A DNA stretch of 64,000 bases from Amoebophrya sp. A120 (Eukaryota > Protista > Dinoflagellata): contig CAJINV010000015.1 of assembly GCA_905178155.1 (NCBI GenBank), positions 186,001-250,000 on the forward strand, read 5' to 3'. The notes beneath the pieces were generated by a model. It saw only the letters and a list, made by a program, of their open reading frames with translations, had not been told where the DNA came from and did no database searches. Position 1 is the first letter of the stretch. The number at the start of each line of letters is the position of its first letter. The translations under genes and the position numbers were made by a program. Shown here piece by piece: positions 51,001-63,000 of this stretch.

Positions 51001-54000
51001 GCACAGGCACCAGCACCACGTGTTTGAATTTCGTGTGCTACGTTTGGCAATATTGCTGTTGATTCACAAAAATCACATCGTACTACAAATCAGGCGGACG
51101 ACGGGGGGGAGTTTGTTCTTGTGCACTTCCATATTTGAACAGCATCTCATCCACATCCTCGAAAAACTCCGACAGCGTCTGCGAGCTCGGCGCAAGCTTC
51201 GTCTCCGGCACGGTGCCCGGAACAGGCGCGGGAAGGAGGAGCAAGTCCTCTTCGTGCTCGATTTTCAGGACGATGGTCTTCGGAGAATTGTCTTGATTTT
51301 CTTCCTCCATGATGAAATCGTCAACATGTCCGTCCGCCCGCGGATCCAAAGTAGAACCACTGCCGTTCTGTTCCTCCAGCTTTTCCTGCTCTTTCCGCAA
51401 GTTTTCGACCATTTCCTTCTCTTTCAATTCGAACTCCTTCTTCACTTCCGGGTCCCGCCAGTCGATGGTTTTTTCCAAGAACTTCTGCAAGTAATCCTCC
51501 AACGCGTTGGTTGTGGAATCTGGCAACGTCGCGGACAACTCAATCCCCACCGGATTGTTCAGTGGCTGCTCGCGGATCTTCTGCAAAATCGCCGGGGTGA
51601 GGACCAGAATCTTGCTGTTCTTATCCTGCTGAGTCGCATGTTTGTTCGCGGCGACCATGCCACTCGTTTGCGAAATTCCCAACTCAGCTAAACTCTGTCG
51701 CAGTTCCACCGCGTCGAAAAAGGGGCCGGATTTGTTGCGGTTCATCGCGTATCAAGTGTAAATATGTCTGGGTCCTCTGGAATGTTGCAAGACTTGTCAT
51801 GCGCATTTTGCACGACCCATGATGTCTGTGATGCCTGCCCTAGCATCACAAATTTTGTGAGGGCTTTCTGATGCGTATCCTGCATGACAAATGCCCTCGC
51901 CGTGTAGCACAAAATCGAATCCTCTTGCTGGTCATGCAACACAGAATTTTTTGGAATCCGAAGACAGCATCAGAAGTTCTTGCATCCTTCCAGACCCTGA
52001 CATTTTTGCATTTGATATCGCGATCGGCGTGAAATTCGGGAGCCGTCGGACAATGTCTCCGTAGAGCAATATCCTATGTAAAAACGTCCCCACCCTAGAG
52101 TTGTATATGCAAATCTGCATGCTGAAAATGTTTCTCATGCGGGGCCCCATGAGATGCGTTTTGTAGTCGCGTTGCGGAAAAATTTGTGATGCTCCAATCG
52201 CCTTAATGTGTTAGCTCTGTGATGCTGCTGAACCAGCCAAACAGGACCACACTACGAGGCCACGCCTGTCATGCGCAACAGCCAAAGCTTGCTGATTTGT
52301 CTTGCAGATTTCCCAACTTGATGACTATGGGGTGCTGGGGACGTTTTTGAACAGGATAAGCAAGACGTGCTGCTTCTTCCCCATCCGCGCACCCCGGTTC
52401 GCGGCGAAGGTAATTTCTTCCGGGATCTGCACCAGTCTTTGTTGAAATTGGTCGATCTCCAGCTTCAGCACATGGTAAACCGGCTCGAGAAATTCCGCGC
52501 CGGGGAAGGGCGAAGCAACCTTGGCGGTCCGGGATAAGTCGTTCACCAACATCATATCGACCTCATCGGCTAGCGCGACGTTGTCAAACCCAAATTCCAA
52601 CCTGCCCATCGCCATGGCGACGCGGTTCTTGGCAAGCTGGGCCGCGAAGGTCTTGTGCACTTGCTGGAACATTTGAGGGAAATAGGCGGAAGGCAACTGC
52701 TTATCAAGATGTCCCCCGGGAAGATAGCGCGTCACCTCGCTCTCATCGCCCCATTCGGGAAGGTGCACTTCCTTTTTCGGGTACCCCGGCCTTTCAATGC
52801 GGTTCAGAATCAGACGAGAGAGAAGGTTTTTCCACTTTTTCTTTTCGTCCGCATCTGTGTTATCACGCCCTTTGCCCATGTTATCAAACAAAAAAAGTTC
52901 GTCGCGATCACTCATGCGCATTTTTGCAATACAAAATTTCGTGTCATGCGTAAAAATGCATCACAGCCAAACTTCATACGGGATTTACCTAGTGTTTCTG
53001 CAAGACAAGAAAGCGCTGCGATGCTAAAAAAATTTGTAATGCAAAGCCTGGAAGACCAAGTTAATGACTGCGACAAACTTTTTTCTCTCCATATATGTAC
53101 CTCACGAGATTCTTCATCATGTAGGGTGTGAACAGGGCAACAGGGGCAACAAGATCCTCCTCTGCTGGTTCCGTGGTTCCAGCTTGCGGCATAGGAGCGT
53201 CGGTGCCGGTGGAAGAAGCCCCCGATCCGGCTGGAGCAGAAGCTGCACCCCCCGCCGCTGGTTGTGGTCCACCAGGAGTCGGCGAGCTTTGCACCGCAGC
53301 ACCCCCGCCAACCTCCGCAGTGCGCTGCTGTTCCTTCGCCATTTCACGTTTCACTTCCGGGGGCAGGATCAATAATTCCCCTCCGTTGTAATGCTATCCT
53401 GTGTAAAAACGTCACTACCCCAGAGTTGTCATGCAGATCTGCATGCTCAGAATGTGTGTCGTGCGGCTCCCCGTGAGAGGCATCACCTAATGACATTTGG
53501 GATTCTACTGTTATGCGCTAATCAGGATCACAGACTGTGATGCGTTTCAACTAGCTAGGCACGACTACACTGCGTAGCCAAATTTGTAATGCGTGAGTCC
53601 CAAATATGCTCGACTTGTCTTGCATAGATCCCAACTTAACTCGGGGTTGGGGACGTTTCTATACAGGATAAATGCTGCCCCAATTTCTCCAGAACCAGCT
53701 GCTTGTTTGACTGCCGCGTTAATTCCTGGTACAGAACATCGTGTCCCAAGCTCCCGCCCATCGAAGTCCTTTCATCCGCGTCTTCCTCATCCAGATTGCT
53801 TCCCTTTGTTCTCTCTTCCATTACCTCGCCGGAAATCAGGCTATTGACCGCCTTCGCGTACTTGTAGAATTTCGTGCGCAGCCGCGGCAGCAACGCCACC
53901 GACTCCTCCAGATACATGCGCTCGGCTATCCTGAGTAAAAACGCCCCGACCCCTAAATCAAGTTGGTAAGTCTGCAACACAAATCTCCAAGTTTTGGGAG

Positions 54001-57000
54001 TATATGCATGACAAGTTTCCATCTGGATCTGTAGCGCAGTTCTGTTTAGCAAGCGTAACCGCATCACAAAGACGCCTGCTGATCCTGTTTACCGCATTAG
54101 AAATCTCAGAAAACGACTACAAAATCATCCCATGCGGATGCGCATTGCAGATGTTTCTGTGGATGCAAATCTGCATGACACCTATGGGGTGGGGAAGTTT
54201 TTCTGTAGGATATCGGCTAGGGTCGCGTCCGCGTTTACCCCCGCGTCGCTGTAGTACTGAATAGAGGGGAGTTTGTCCTTCATGTGCTTGTACTGCGGTC
54301 CTGCGCCCGCAATAACCATATTCGTTTCCACATTGGCTTCGTATTTCACGTATCCTGTGCAAAAGTATCGCACTCGTAGTAATCGCAGTCATGCATTACA
54401 AATCTGCATCCCAAGGTAAATCCGCATGACAAATTGTATTTCTCATGCTGCGCAGCTAATTTGTCATGCGAATGCGATTCATACTAGTACGATACTTTTG
54501 CAATGCATATCACGCCGTACCGACTTCCGGTTGTGTTGTCGGCGTACCATTCGGACTTCAGCGCGTCGAACATAAAGTCCGCCGGGTCGCCAACCGTGAC
54601 GTCACTTAAATAGCTATCCTGAGTAAAAACGTCCCCACACCAGAGTCCAGATGGTGACTTTGCTACACAAATCAACAAATTTTGGCTGTTTCGCATGACA
54701 AGTTTAAACGCGTATTCTAGTGCTGTTTGAGGTAGTGCAGCCGCATGACAAATCGACTACCTTATTCTGATTCCAGCATCACAAGCTTCCAGATAGCATG
54801 AGAAAATGTCTCTCATGGGGATCCGCATGAGAAAAATTTCGAGCATGCGTTTTTGCATGACAACTGTGGGGTAGGGGCGTTTTTACATAGGATAATAGCA
54901 GGCCCGCTGGGTTGAGGACTTTCCCCCGTCGCCAGTTTTTTCCTGGTTGTCCTGTGTGTTCGCGGCGACGCGGAGACCAAATTGCTCGTAGATGTTCGCG
55001 TTTTTTTCCGCGTCGCGTTTTGCCAGGACGGGGGAGGAAGTCATGGAATCCACTTTTTTCCCGTACACTACTGCCATAATGACCGCGACACCCGCTAGCA
55101 GTTCCGTTTTCCCCTCGCCCGTGGCGACTTGCAAGAGTACGCCCCGGGTTCTGCGGTCATTTTCGGATTGTTCTATTTCAGGAGCAGTACTGCTCTGGGG
55201 ATCTTCAGTCGAGGCTGGTGTGGTGGTTGTACCAGATTGATGGGCGGTGGAACTACCTCCAGCACCAGTGGACGCCTGCTGCGCATTCATGGCAGTAGAA
55301 GTTCCAGCTGAAGACAGAACTCCTCCCGTCGTTCCTGTCAAAAGCTGCAGCAGGCTTTTCCGCTCAAACAGGGGCGTCGCATCGTTCAATACAAACTGCT
55401 CACCTATCATTAGCAAAAGTGTCTGGGTCTGGATCAAAGCAACTTGTCATGCTAAATCTGAATGATGTATAAAATCTGTCTTGCATGCTTGCCAAAAGCT
55501 GTCCACTTTTGACCTAATCGAGAGGCAGTTTCTCATGCAGGATAGGCATGATGGAACTCTCACAGAATCTGTCATGCTATGTCCTACATGCCAGAGGACC
55601 TCATGGGTCATGGAAAACCTGCATGACAAGTCTGGCATTCTTCCAGACCCAAACATTTTTGCATTTGATATCACCATTCGCCAGGAAGTCGTTCCGCATG
55701 CTGTCCCAGTGCGCGCGGACAACTTCGATCAGGGATAAGAGCTGAATATTGTGGAGCTTGAAGTTCTTCACTTTGTAGATCCCCGCGTAGTAGACCTGCA
55801 AGGCCTGCACGGTCAACTTCTCGTAGATGCGCAACACCGGTAGAATACCTTTCTCCAGGATGTTCTGGACGCGTTTGAATCGGGCGCGCTCCACCCGGTG
55901 GGCCCGCGCGCTGGCCTTCTTGGCGCTGACCTCGCTTTTGTCGAGAACCGACCTCGCTTTGTCAAACCAACTTGTGGGAATGTCGACGACCTCAGGCCTG
56001 CCGTGGGCCATCACGTACTCGTGTTTAATTTGTGGCACGAAGGTGTAGGGCCGGTCCAACGCCCAGTAGCCTGCGGTGGTACTTCCGACATTCTCCCAGG
56101 TGTGTCTTTCGACCAGCATTTTTATCCTGTGTAAAAACGTCCCCACAGCCTTAGTCAAGTTGCGAATCTAGCACCACAAGTCCGCAAGTTTTGGGAGCTG
56201 TGCATGACAAGTTTCTTTCTGCAGTGTAGTGCTGGTGGGCAAGGGAAGCCGCATGAGAAAGCCATTTTCTCATCCTGTTTACAGCATTACAAATATCAAA
56301 ACACGATTGGAAATGGCTCTCATGGAGATGCGCATCACAAACGTTTTCTGTAATTGTACATCTGCATGACAACTCTGGGGTCGTGGGGACGTTTTTCCTC
56401 AGGATAATTTTTCTCTCTTCATCCGTGTACCTCGAGCCAGAAAATTCGTCTAACAGGCTATCAGAATGAAAAATGCCCCCACCCCCGAACTTGAAAGCAT
56501 TTGTATTGCAAATCTTTCCAAATGAAACACTCGCCCTCTTGCGTGTATCAGCATCACAGATTTCCGATCGTGAATAGCAAAAATTTGTATTGCAAAAGAT
56601 CCCAGCAAGAGCGGTGCTTGTCATGCAAGCGATGCGAAACTTGACTAGAATCTGCATCAGAAAGATTCGTACTCCTTTCATGCATGACAAAAAGCTTTCA
56701 TTTGGAAACTTCGCATCACAAATTCTTGCAATTTCAGGGGTGGGGGGCAGTTTTCACTGTGATACAGGCGCGTTTCTTCCCGTTCCTCCAAGTCACTCAC
56801 CGCGAAGACTTGCGACAGGCTCTGACCGCTGTCCAGGGTCGTTTGGCCGTCATTTGACTCCAATTCCGCAGCAAATTTGTCACTGAGCACCACATCAAGC
56901 TTTGCCAAGTGCTCGGCGAGCAGCTTTTTTAACTTTGGAGCCACTTCGGACCTAATGTGCTTGGACCAGTTCGTGAGCTCCTTCGCATCGTACTGCTTCA

Positions 57001-60000
57001 GCCGCTTGAAAATTCCATCGGTCAACTGAATGCCGAAGTCGCTTGTCTGCTCCCAAGGCCGCGTGTACGTCTCGTCGTTATTTCTGCGTCTAGCAATGGG
57101 TAACACGGTGTCGAGCACGCGCTGCACGTTCTGATCATGGGGCCACACATATCAGAATGAAAAATCCCCCCTCCCCATATTGAAAAGGTATGCTCCCAAG
57201 AATTTGTGTTGCGGATTTGAGGTCACAAATCACATCTGTCTTGCAAGAAGACAAGGGCAGAAGCTTCCGCCCCATTATGGAAGCGGTTTGTCATGCTGTT
57301 GGGCCTAAAGGGGGGCCGTTTGCCATGCTGAGCTACTTACTAGACCCATACGCCCCTACCTAGCCAGGGGATCTGGCCGCAGTGTTAGGGCGGAAAAATC
57401 GGCAAATAGCATCATTTTTGCAAGCGCACTTTTTGGGGGGGCAAAAAAATTATGGCTATTGGGGGTGTCGCTACTGCTTTTTTTCCTGTTGGCCATTTAG
57501 ATGCTGGCGCCGCTCTTCGTTGTCACGTTCCGCCATCCGGCCCTCCCCTTTTTCCAATAGAGCCGCAGCATTTTGTTGAAGTTGCATAGGCCTGCGGCCC
57601 CCCGGCGCGGGAAGCCGCGCCCCCTCTCCGGCATCCAATTCCGTACGCGCCCAGACATCTTCGCATCTTCCCTTTACGGCCAGATATTGAGAATGCGGAC
57701 GCGCCAGCAGTCAAATGCTTCCGGGGGGGTGCCGAAGGGGGGGGGGTAAGGGGGTGCGCTTGGGCTGCCTCTGGGCTACCATTTTGGGGCACGCAAAATC
57801 GGCAGTTTCTAATGGGGATTAGGGGGTCGGCATAGGCTACCGAAAGGGTACCCGGAAGGGGTACCCGGAAGGGGTGTCCGAAGGGGGCAAAAATGCACCC
57901 CCCTGACCACCCCCCTTGCCGGGTTCCCTCTTCCTCGTGGCGAGCGTCCTCGTTGTGGTCCGGTCCCGGAGGTGGCCCAGCCACTTCTCGAAGAGCGGGC
58001 CTACTCAACATTGCCGGGCCATCTGAGCGACAACGCACAGCGCGAAGGCGCTGCCGCCTGTTTCGTGTCTTGCTATGAAGGCCTTTTGAAAGCCGAGCTA
58101 TCATGTTTCTCGTGGAAAAGATGAAGTGATGCTTTACTTCTGTTGATTTCCAGGTAGTTGACTCCCTGACAAAAGAAAAAAAAATACCCCCCCAAAGTGT
58201 GAGCTGACAAAAATGATGCTATTTGCCGATTTTTCCGCCCTAACAGTGCCTCTCTGCAATACAAAGCTGATTTGTGGTCACAAATCAGCATCACAAATTT
58301 CAGTTTTGATATGGGGAGGGGGGATTTTTCCTCTCAATAACACATACTGCCGCTTCTTTCCCTCGAGGTTGGTTTCCGCCTTGTTATATGAAATGTAAAA
58401 ATGTCTGGGTCTGGAAGATTCTGAGACTTGTCATGCACGTTTTGCATAAGCCATGAGGTCTGGAATGCGAGACCTAGCATGACAGATTCTGTGAGATCCG
58501 TATAATGCCTATCCTGCATGAGAAACTTCCTCTCAACTTGGTCAAAAGTGGACAGCTTTTGGCATTGATGCAACACAGAGTTTTGGCACGATCCAGAATT
58601 AGCATCACAAGTTGCAACCTTCCAGACCCAGACATTTTTACAATGCATATGTTACCGAGGTCGAGTTGCGTTGGTTGATAGGGAAGGTGGGATCTGTACA
58701 GGACGTGCTCTTTCTCGAGTTCCTGATCGATAGTCTGATCCCGTTCCCGGCTGACGAGCGGGTCGGCCATGGCTCTAGGCCGCTGGTCGCCGTGGACCGC
58801 ACCAGAGGCCGCCGTGGTTCCACTTGCTCCAGGACCGCCACCCGTGCTGCCGCCCATGGTTTCCTGCGCCGGAGGGGCCTCTTGCTGCAGCTCTAGTTCC
58901 ACCCGAGCCACCTGTTGCGCGGCTGCCAGTTGGGTTCTTTCTTGGGCCTTGCTTTTCTTCTTCGGCCTCGCCTTAGATTTGGAAGAAGCAGGGCGATTAT
59001 TCCGTCCGCTGACCATCTCGGAGTAGTCAATTCCAGCTGCAGGAGCGGTAGGCGCCACAGCAATTTCCACATCAGGCGCCACGTCAGCCATAGTTGTTTC
59101 TTGTGCGGATACAACTTGCTGCGCGCTAGCCGCCGGAGCGGCGGCTCCTGGAGAATGCGTGGACCGCGGTGCCGGGGCAACACTGGAAGACGGCGCTGAA
59201 CCACTTCCCGAGGGGTTGTTGGCCGCCACCTCGCCCTGAACTACGTTCTGCCCGGCCGACCCAAGCCTCTGAGCCGCCTGCTCGTCGTTCGTGCCTGCCG
59301 TGCTTTTCCAACGCATGAAGAAGCGCGCCATGATGTACTCCACATTCCACGATCAAATGCAAAAATGTGTGGGTGCGGAAGATTGCAGGAGTTTGTCATG
59401 CATCTTCTGGATAACGCAGCTGGTCTCTAATGCACGCAAAAGCATTACAGGTTTTGCGCAGGCCTCCTGATGCCTATCCCGCATGAGAAATTCCCTATTT
59501 GCGTAGCAAGAAATGGGAAGCTTTTGGTGCTTATGCAACACAAATTTTTGCCTCTTCCAGAAATCGCATGACAAGATCCAACTCTTCCACGCCCAGACAT
59601 ATTTGCAACTGATATCCACTCAAAGCTGCCAATCAAGCTGCGCCCTATCTCGGTCTTCCTGACGTAGTTCAAAACATACTTCCTGAACCCGTCCTCGTCA
59701 ACAAAGTCAGCCAAAACCTCGCCGGCACACTTTTCGAATTTAGCTGGGTCGGCCATACATTTTTCGAGATTGTCCTGCTGCTTCCGGTAGAATTCACGGG
59801 CGTGAAAGAAGTCTTTCGCAGACGTGCTTGCCGACTGGAACTGCTGCTTCAAGTTTTGCACTGCAGCCCCTACCTCCTGGAAAAAACCGGTGACATCCTG
59901 GATGATTTCGGTCCCGGCGGTCACTATGTTCCCCAAGGGGTTGCACTGCGACGTCACATCCTCCTCGTCATACAAGCTTCCGTATGTTTGAGCAGAGGTG

Positions 60001-63000
60001 GTTTTTTTCTTCTGCTCTTCCCGTTTCCAGTTGTATTCGGGGTCAATCCAGAAAGCGTAGTTTCGCAGCTTCCGCTTGTCCATCTCGTGGATCCTTCGGG
60101 GTATCAAGTGCAAAAGTGTCTGGGTCTGGAAAGGTGTAAGCTCGTCATGCAGATTTTCCATGACCCATGAGGTCTGGAGTGCAGGACTTAGCATGACAGA
60201 CTCTGCGAGGTCTCTGCCATGCCTATCCTGCATGCTAAACTCCCTTCCATCTTGGTCAAAAGTGGAAAGCTTTTGGCACTCATGCAACACAGATTTTTGC
60301 ATGCTTCAGATTTACCATGACAAGTTGCAGCCACCTTCCAGACCCAGACATTTTTGCATTTGATACGGGGTTCCAACGCACCAATGAGTTCGATTTCGGG
60401 AATTTCGCCCTTGACCTTGTTATCTCCTGCGCTCTGGCTCCTGCATTCCAATTGCATGTCCGTCATAGACAACAAATCGGCGAGACGGACGAATTCTCGT
60501 TCCAGCCCCGCTTCGAGTTTGGTTCTCTTTCGCGGTTTGTACATGTCATCGCCGTCATTTTGCACGATGTGCCAGAACGTGGCGTCTCTGGTTTCTTCCG
60601 GTAAACTGTCCGGGTCTTCATAGTCTTGCTCGTCTATGAGTGCAGGATATCCCACGAAAAAAGTGTTACAGTTACACATTTGTAGTCAATTCAGCAACAC
60701 AAATTTCTCTGCATGAGAGAGAAAACTTGTAATGCAGAAATCCTACGGGAAAACACTTATGAAACGAGGCTCCTATGCATATCCGGCATGACAGAGCTTG
60801 TCTGTCTTGCTTGGCCTGCAACACAGTGTGTAACTGTAACACTTTTTTCTTGCGATACAGGACTCGCGAAATCCACTGCGCCGAATCCGTCCTGATTTGT
60901 AATGGCCTCGACCATATCAAATGTAAAAATGTCTGGGTCTGGAAGAATGCAACTTGTGATGCTGCATTTGGATTCCAGAAGAATGTGTATTGCATGAGTA
61001 CCAAAAGGAATGCAATTTTTGCTACGCGGAGAGGGCATTTGTCCTGCGGAATAGGCACCAAGAAGCTCTCAAGAAATCTGTGATGCTAGGGCATGCATCA
61101 CAGACATCAGGGCTCATGCAAAAGGTGCATGACAAGGGTCAGAATCTTCCAGACCTAGACACTTTTACAGTTGATAGACCATGTTATTCTGCAGCTCTTC
61201 CTCCAGTTGGATATACGCTGCTTTCAATAAACCATTCCTCGAATGATTCATCCGCTGGGTGTTCTGAGCAGACGACCCGTCTGCAGTGGTCCGCCCCGCA
61301 TCCACATCGTCATCGATGTTTTGGAGCAGCCGCAACTTTGCGTACCGGTAAAAATCCTGATCGTTGACCGACGGGCGGTCAAGCAAGACGTTCTTTTGAT
61401 TCGACAGAATCTGACTGCTCTTATTTCTACTCCTCCCATGTCTGTTCAAATTCATGCTCTTCGTCTCATCGGCCATGTGCTCCGTCACTTCCTTAAACAT
61501 GTAGTCGGCAACAAGGTTCACTTGCTTCACGATCTCCGTTTGTCCCGTTTCTCCTGGCAGCTGCAACTCCGCCAATTTAGTTTCGATCGGAATGTGGTCG
61601 TGCAACTTGCCAGTGATGAACTCCGCAGCGTCCAATAACTCCACGTCCCGCACTGCTTCGGCACCGGTGGAAATCTCGTTTTGTTTCTGTCGCTGCTGTT
61701 TCATCTTCGCTAGAACTTGTTTCTGAGTTCTAGAATGACCAGAAGCGGCAGAGGAAGAAGTTGTAGCCCCCGCGCCGGTCATCGTCTCTTCGTGGTAGTT
61801 ATTTTCTTGGAATTCCTTCAGAATTTCCGGTAAGGAAGTCGGCTCCCGTGGCTTTCCCGGCTCATCTTTCCCGAATCGCTTTTCTTGCACTTTCTTGAAC
61901 ACGCAGTGAAGCCACTCAGCGGCGGCCACCCTCGCTGGTCCGTCGACCGGATTCTGCTGGAGGAAGATATGTTCTTGGCTCGTCGCACCTATCCTATGTA
62001 AAAACGTCCCCACCCCATAGTTGTATATGCAAATCAGCATGGTGAGCGTGAAGATGTCTCTCATGCGGAGCCCCATGAGAAGCGTTTGCTACAACTCTTG
62101 TTTCAGAATTTGTCATCCTCCAATCAGCATGATGCGCTAGGTCTGTGATGCTGCTGAACTACTAGCCAAACAGGATCACACTACGAGGCCGAACTTGTCA
62201 TGCGCAACGGCCAAAGCTTGTTGATTTGTCTAGCAGATCTCCCATCTTGACTATGGGGTGGGGACGTTTTTCCTCTCAATAGCACCGGAGAAAAAGTCCG
62301 TGGAGAGGAACTGCTGGTGCTTGCCTTCTTTCATCAAACTCCTCCGTGTTATCAATTGCAAAAGTGTAGTCTGGGTCTGGAAGAATGCAAGATTTGTGCT
62401 GCAGGTTTTCCATGACCCATGAGGTCTGGAATGCGAGACCCGGCATGACAGATTCTTTGAGGTCTCTATGCCTGCCCTGCGTGAGAAGCTCCCTCTCAAC
62501 TTGGTCAAAAGCGGACACCTTTTGGTACTCACGCAACACAGATTTTCGTTTCATTCAGATTCAGCATGACAAGTTCTAATCTTCCAGACCCAGACATTTT
62601 GACAGTTGATACGTGTCACGAAGTTGAACGCATCAGTCGTAATTTTGTCGACGCTGTGGTCCGTCGTCGTCCCCATTCCCGCCAGCGGATTTCTCGCGGC
62701 CAGCGAATTCCAGAACGTGGCCTGCCTCACCGCGAAGAAGCGGATAATCGTAGAGAGCAAGGCGTTCTTGCTGAAGGAGCTGGTATGCTGCTGTTGCGAC
62801 CGGGTTTCGATCCAATATTTCGAGACCCGCAGCTCATCCACGGTAAACTTCTGCGCACTTTGCATGTCCGACTGCCGGCTGCGCTGATGTGCTCCTGCTT
62901 GCTGCGCTGCCGCGCGCTGTCTCTGCTGACTTGTAGGTGTGGAAGGCTGATGTGCAGCGGCGGCGGGGACACCGACAGCAGCTGTGGATGTTGTAGCAAA

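Noticed and set aside
48990-55780. Calling the gene secA, or a bacterial contaminant
   Set aside because: It is intron-riddled, has large insertions and is embedded in a frame of more than 10,000 aa. Only the domain is SecA-like.
57523-58104. 193-aa ORF as the transposase of the nested element
   Set aside because: Low-complexity Pro/Gly/Arg sequence with no DDE, HUH or recombinase motifs visible.
4783-62611. Recurrent peptides IKCKNVWVWK / FQTQTFLHLI / PDPDIFAFD / SNAKMSGSGR as a repeat-protein family
   Set aside because: They are the reading frames of the family A TIR, occur on both strands and sit next to stops.
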